In this document: positions 23,741 through 24,493 of the stretch, in pieces | Position numbering within the stretch: position 1 is the first letter of the stretch | How the letters are laid out: each line of letters starts with the position of its first letter | Virus record (IMG/VR): IMGVR_UViG_3300037510_000448 | Location: 1-24,493 of that record | Source: a virus | Taxonomy: Duplodnaviria; Caudoviricetes | Reading direction: 5' to 3' (one strand) | Length of the DNA: 24,493 nt | Notes under the pieces: model-generated | Database searches by the model: none | The model's input: the letters and a program-made list of their open reading frames with translations, nothing else | What the model was told of the DNA's origin: nothing | Program-made: the position numbers and the translations under genes

Positions 23741-24493
23741 ATGACCTTCCAGCGGCCTACGAGCTACGGTTTTTGGGCGAGCGGGCCTTCCGGCAACGTC
23801 GCCGAACCCATCACCGCCGACAAGGCGCAGGGCTTTCTACCGACGGGAATCGCCCGCAGCTCCTACGCCAACTGGCTCTGGGGTATCGATGGGCAGTGGA
23901 ACGGGTATCTCGATCAAGCCATCGCAGCTCCGTACTTCGGGCCGACTTCCGTCGACGGTGACGTGATTCTAAGTGGTGTTACCACCTACATCATGTCGCG
24001 CAATTTGGTCCTCGGAGACCTCGCCATCGGGCCGAGCGCCATCTTCGACACCAATGGCTACATCCCGATCGTACGCGGAGCTCTCACCGGAGTCTCCGGC
24101 ATCATTCGCTGCAACGGTGGGGTTGGTGGCGTGGGATTGTCCGGGGCGCAACAGTCTCCTGGCTTTGGCGCCAGCGGACCTCTGGCGGGCGCGCGCGGCG
24201 GCGGGACGACCGGTGTCCTCTTCAACGCAACTCGTATCGGTCTGAGCGTCATCGCCTCTCTCGGCGGCGCTGGCGGTGCGGGTTCCTCCGGCGCGGCAAG
24301 CAACAACCAGGGAGCAGGTGGCACCTGTGTTGGCCCCAGCAATTACTATGGCGCGGTGCCGGCTATCTTTGAGGGCATCGTGCGCTGGTCGGTGACAGAC
24401 CCCTCGACGGGACAGCCGCTTGGTCCGACCCACGCGTATTTCAGTGGCGGCGGCGGCGGCGGCCGTGGCAGCAACGACGCCAGTACACTAGGT
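23741..24493 (+). CDS. Tail fibre protein, Gly-rich, truncated by window end (not in ORF track)
   Basis: Open frame to the window edge: MTFQRPTSYGFWASG..NVAEP....KAQGF......YANWLW (fibre N-terminal anchor), then FG...DGDV and GGAGG repeats. Confidence 0.85.
   Translation, partial: MTFQRPTSYGFWASGPSGNVAEPITADKAQGFLPTGIARSSYANWLWGIDGQWNGYLDQAIAAPYFGPTSVDGDVILSGVTTYIMSRNLVLGDLAIGPSAIFDTNGYIPIVRGALTGVSGIIRCNGGVGGVGLSGAQQSPGFGASGPLAGARGGGTTGVLFNATRIGLSVIASLGGAGGAGSSGAASNNQGAGGTCVGPSNYYGAVPAIFEGIVRWSVTDPSTGQPLGPTHAYFSGGGGGGRGSNDASTLG

Noticed and set aside
24446-24463. (GGC)n run as a phase-variation tract
   Set aside because: It is an in-frame trinucleotide run encoding poly-Gly, which is normal for Gly-rich fibres.
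1-24493. Full amber recoding (genetic code 15)
   Set aside because: Conserved genes are intact under code 11, and TAGs fall at natural protein ends, often followed by SDs or promoters.

Overview
The window is the morphogenesis (late) region of a high-GC tailed phage or prophage with a contractile tail. Every credible gene is on the + strand. The order is: an iteron-like repeat region, terminase small subunit, DUF4031, terminase large subunit, a small moron cassette, portal, MuF-type head morphogenesis protein, DUF2213-type prohead protease/scaffold, decoration protein, DUF2184-type major capsid protein, neck genes, sheath, tube, tail chaperone with a -1 slippery site, tape measure, baseplate and the start of a Gly-rich tail fibre. 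Family assignments come from remembered motifs and synteny, not from database searches. The least ordinary features are: (i) a palindromic TGTG-A-CACA box placed exactly 10 bp upstream of a YANNNT -10 element at four sites, three of them giving leaderless mRNAs and one lying inside the protease gene ahead of a nested scaffold start; (ii) an unannotated 21-aa strict Xaa-Pro peptide gene; (iii) a strong bias for consecutive genes to be in frame, including about 3.2 kb of tail genes interrupted only by amber codons; (iv) one aromatic adhesin-like module grafted into both the sheath and baseplate J; (v) recurring [RKH]-x-D-[AGS] motifs in head proteins that suggest Asp-specific maturation cleavage.
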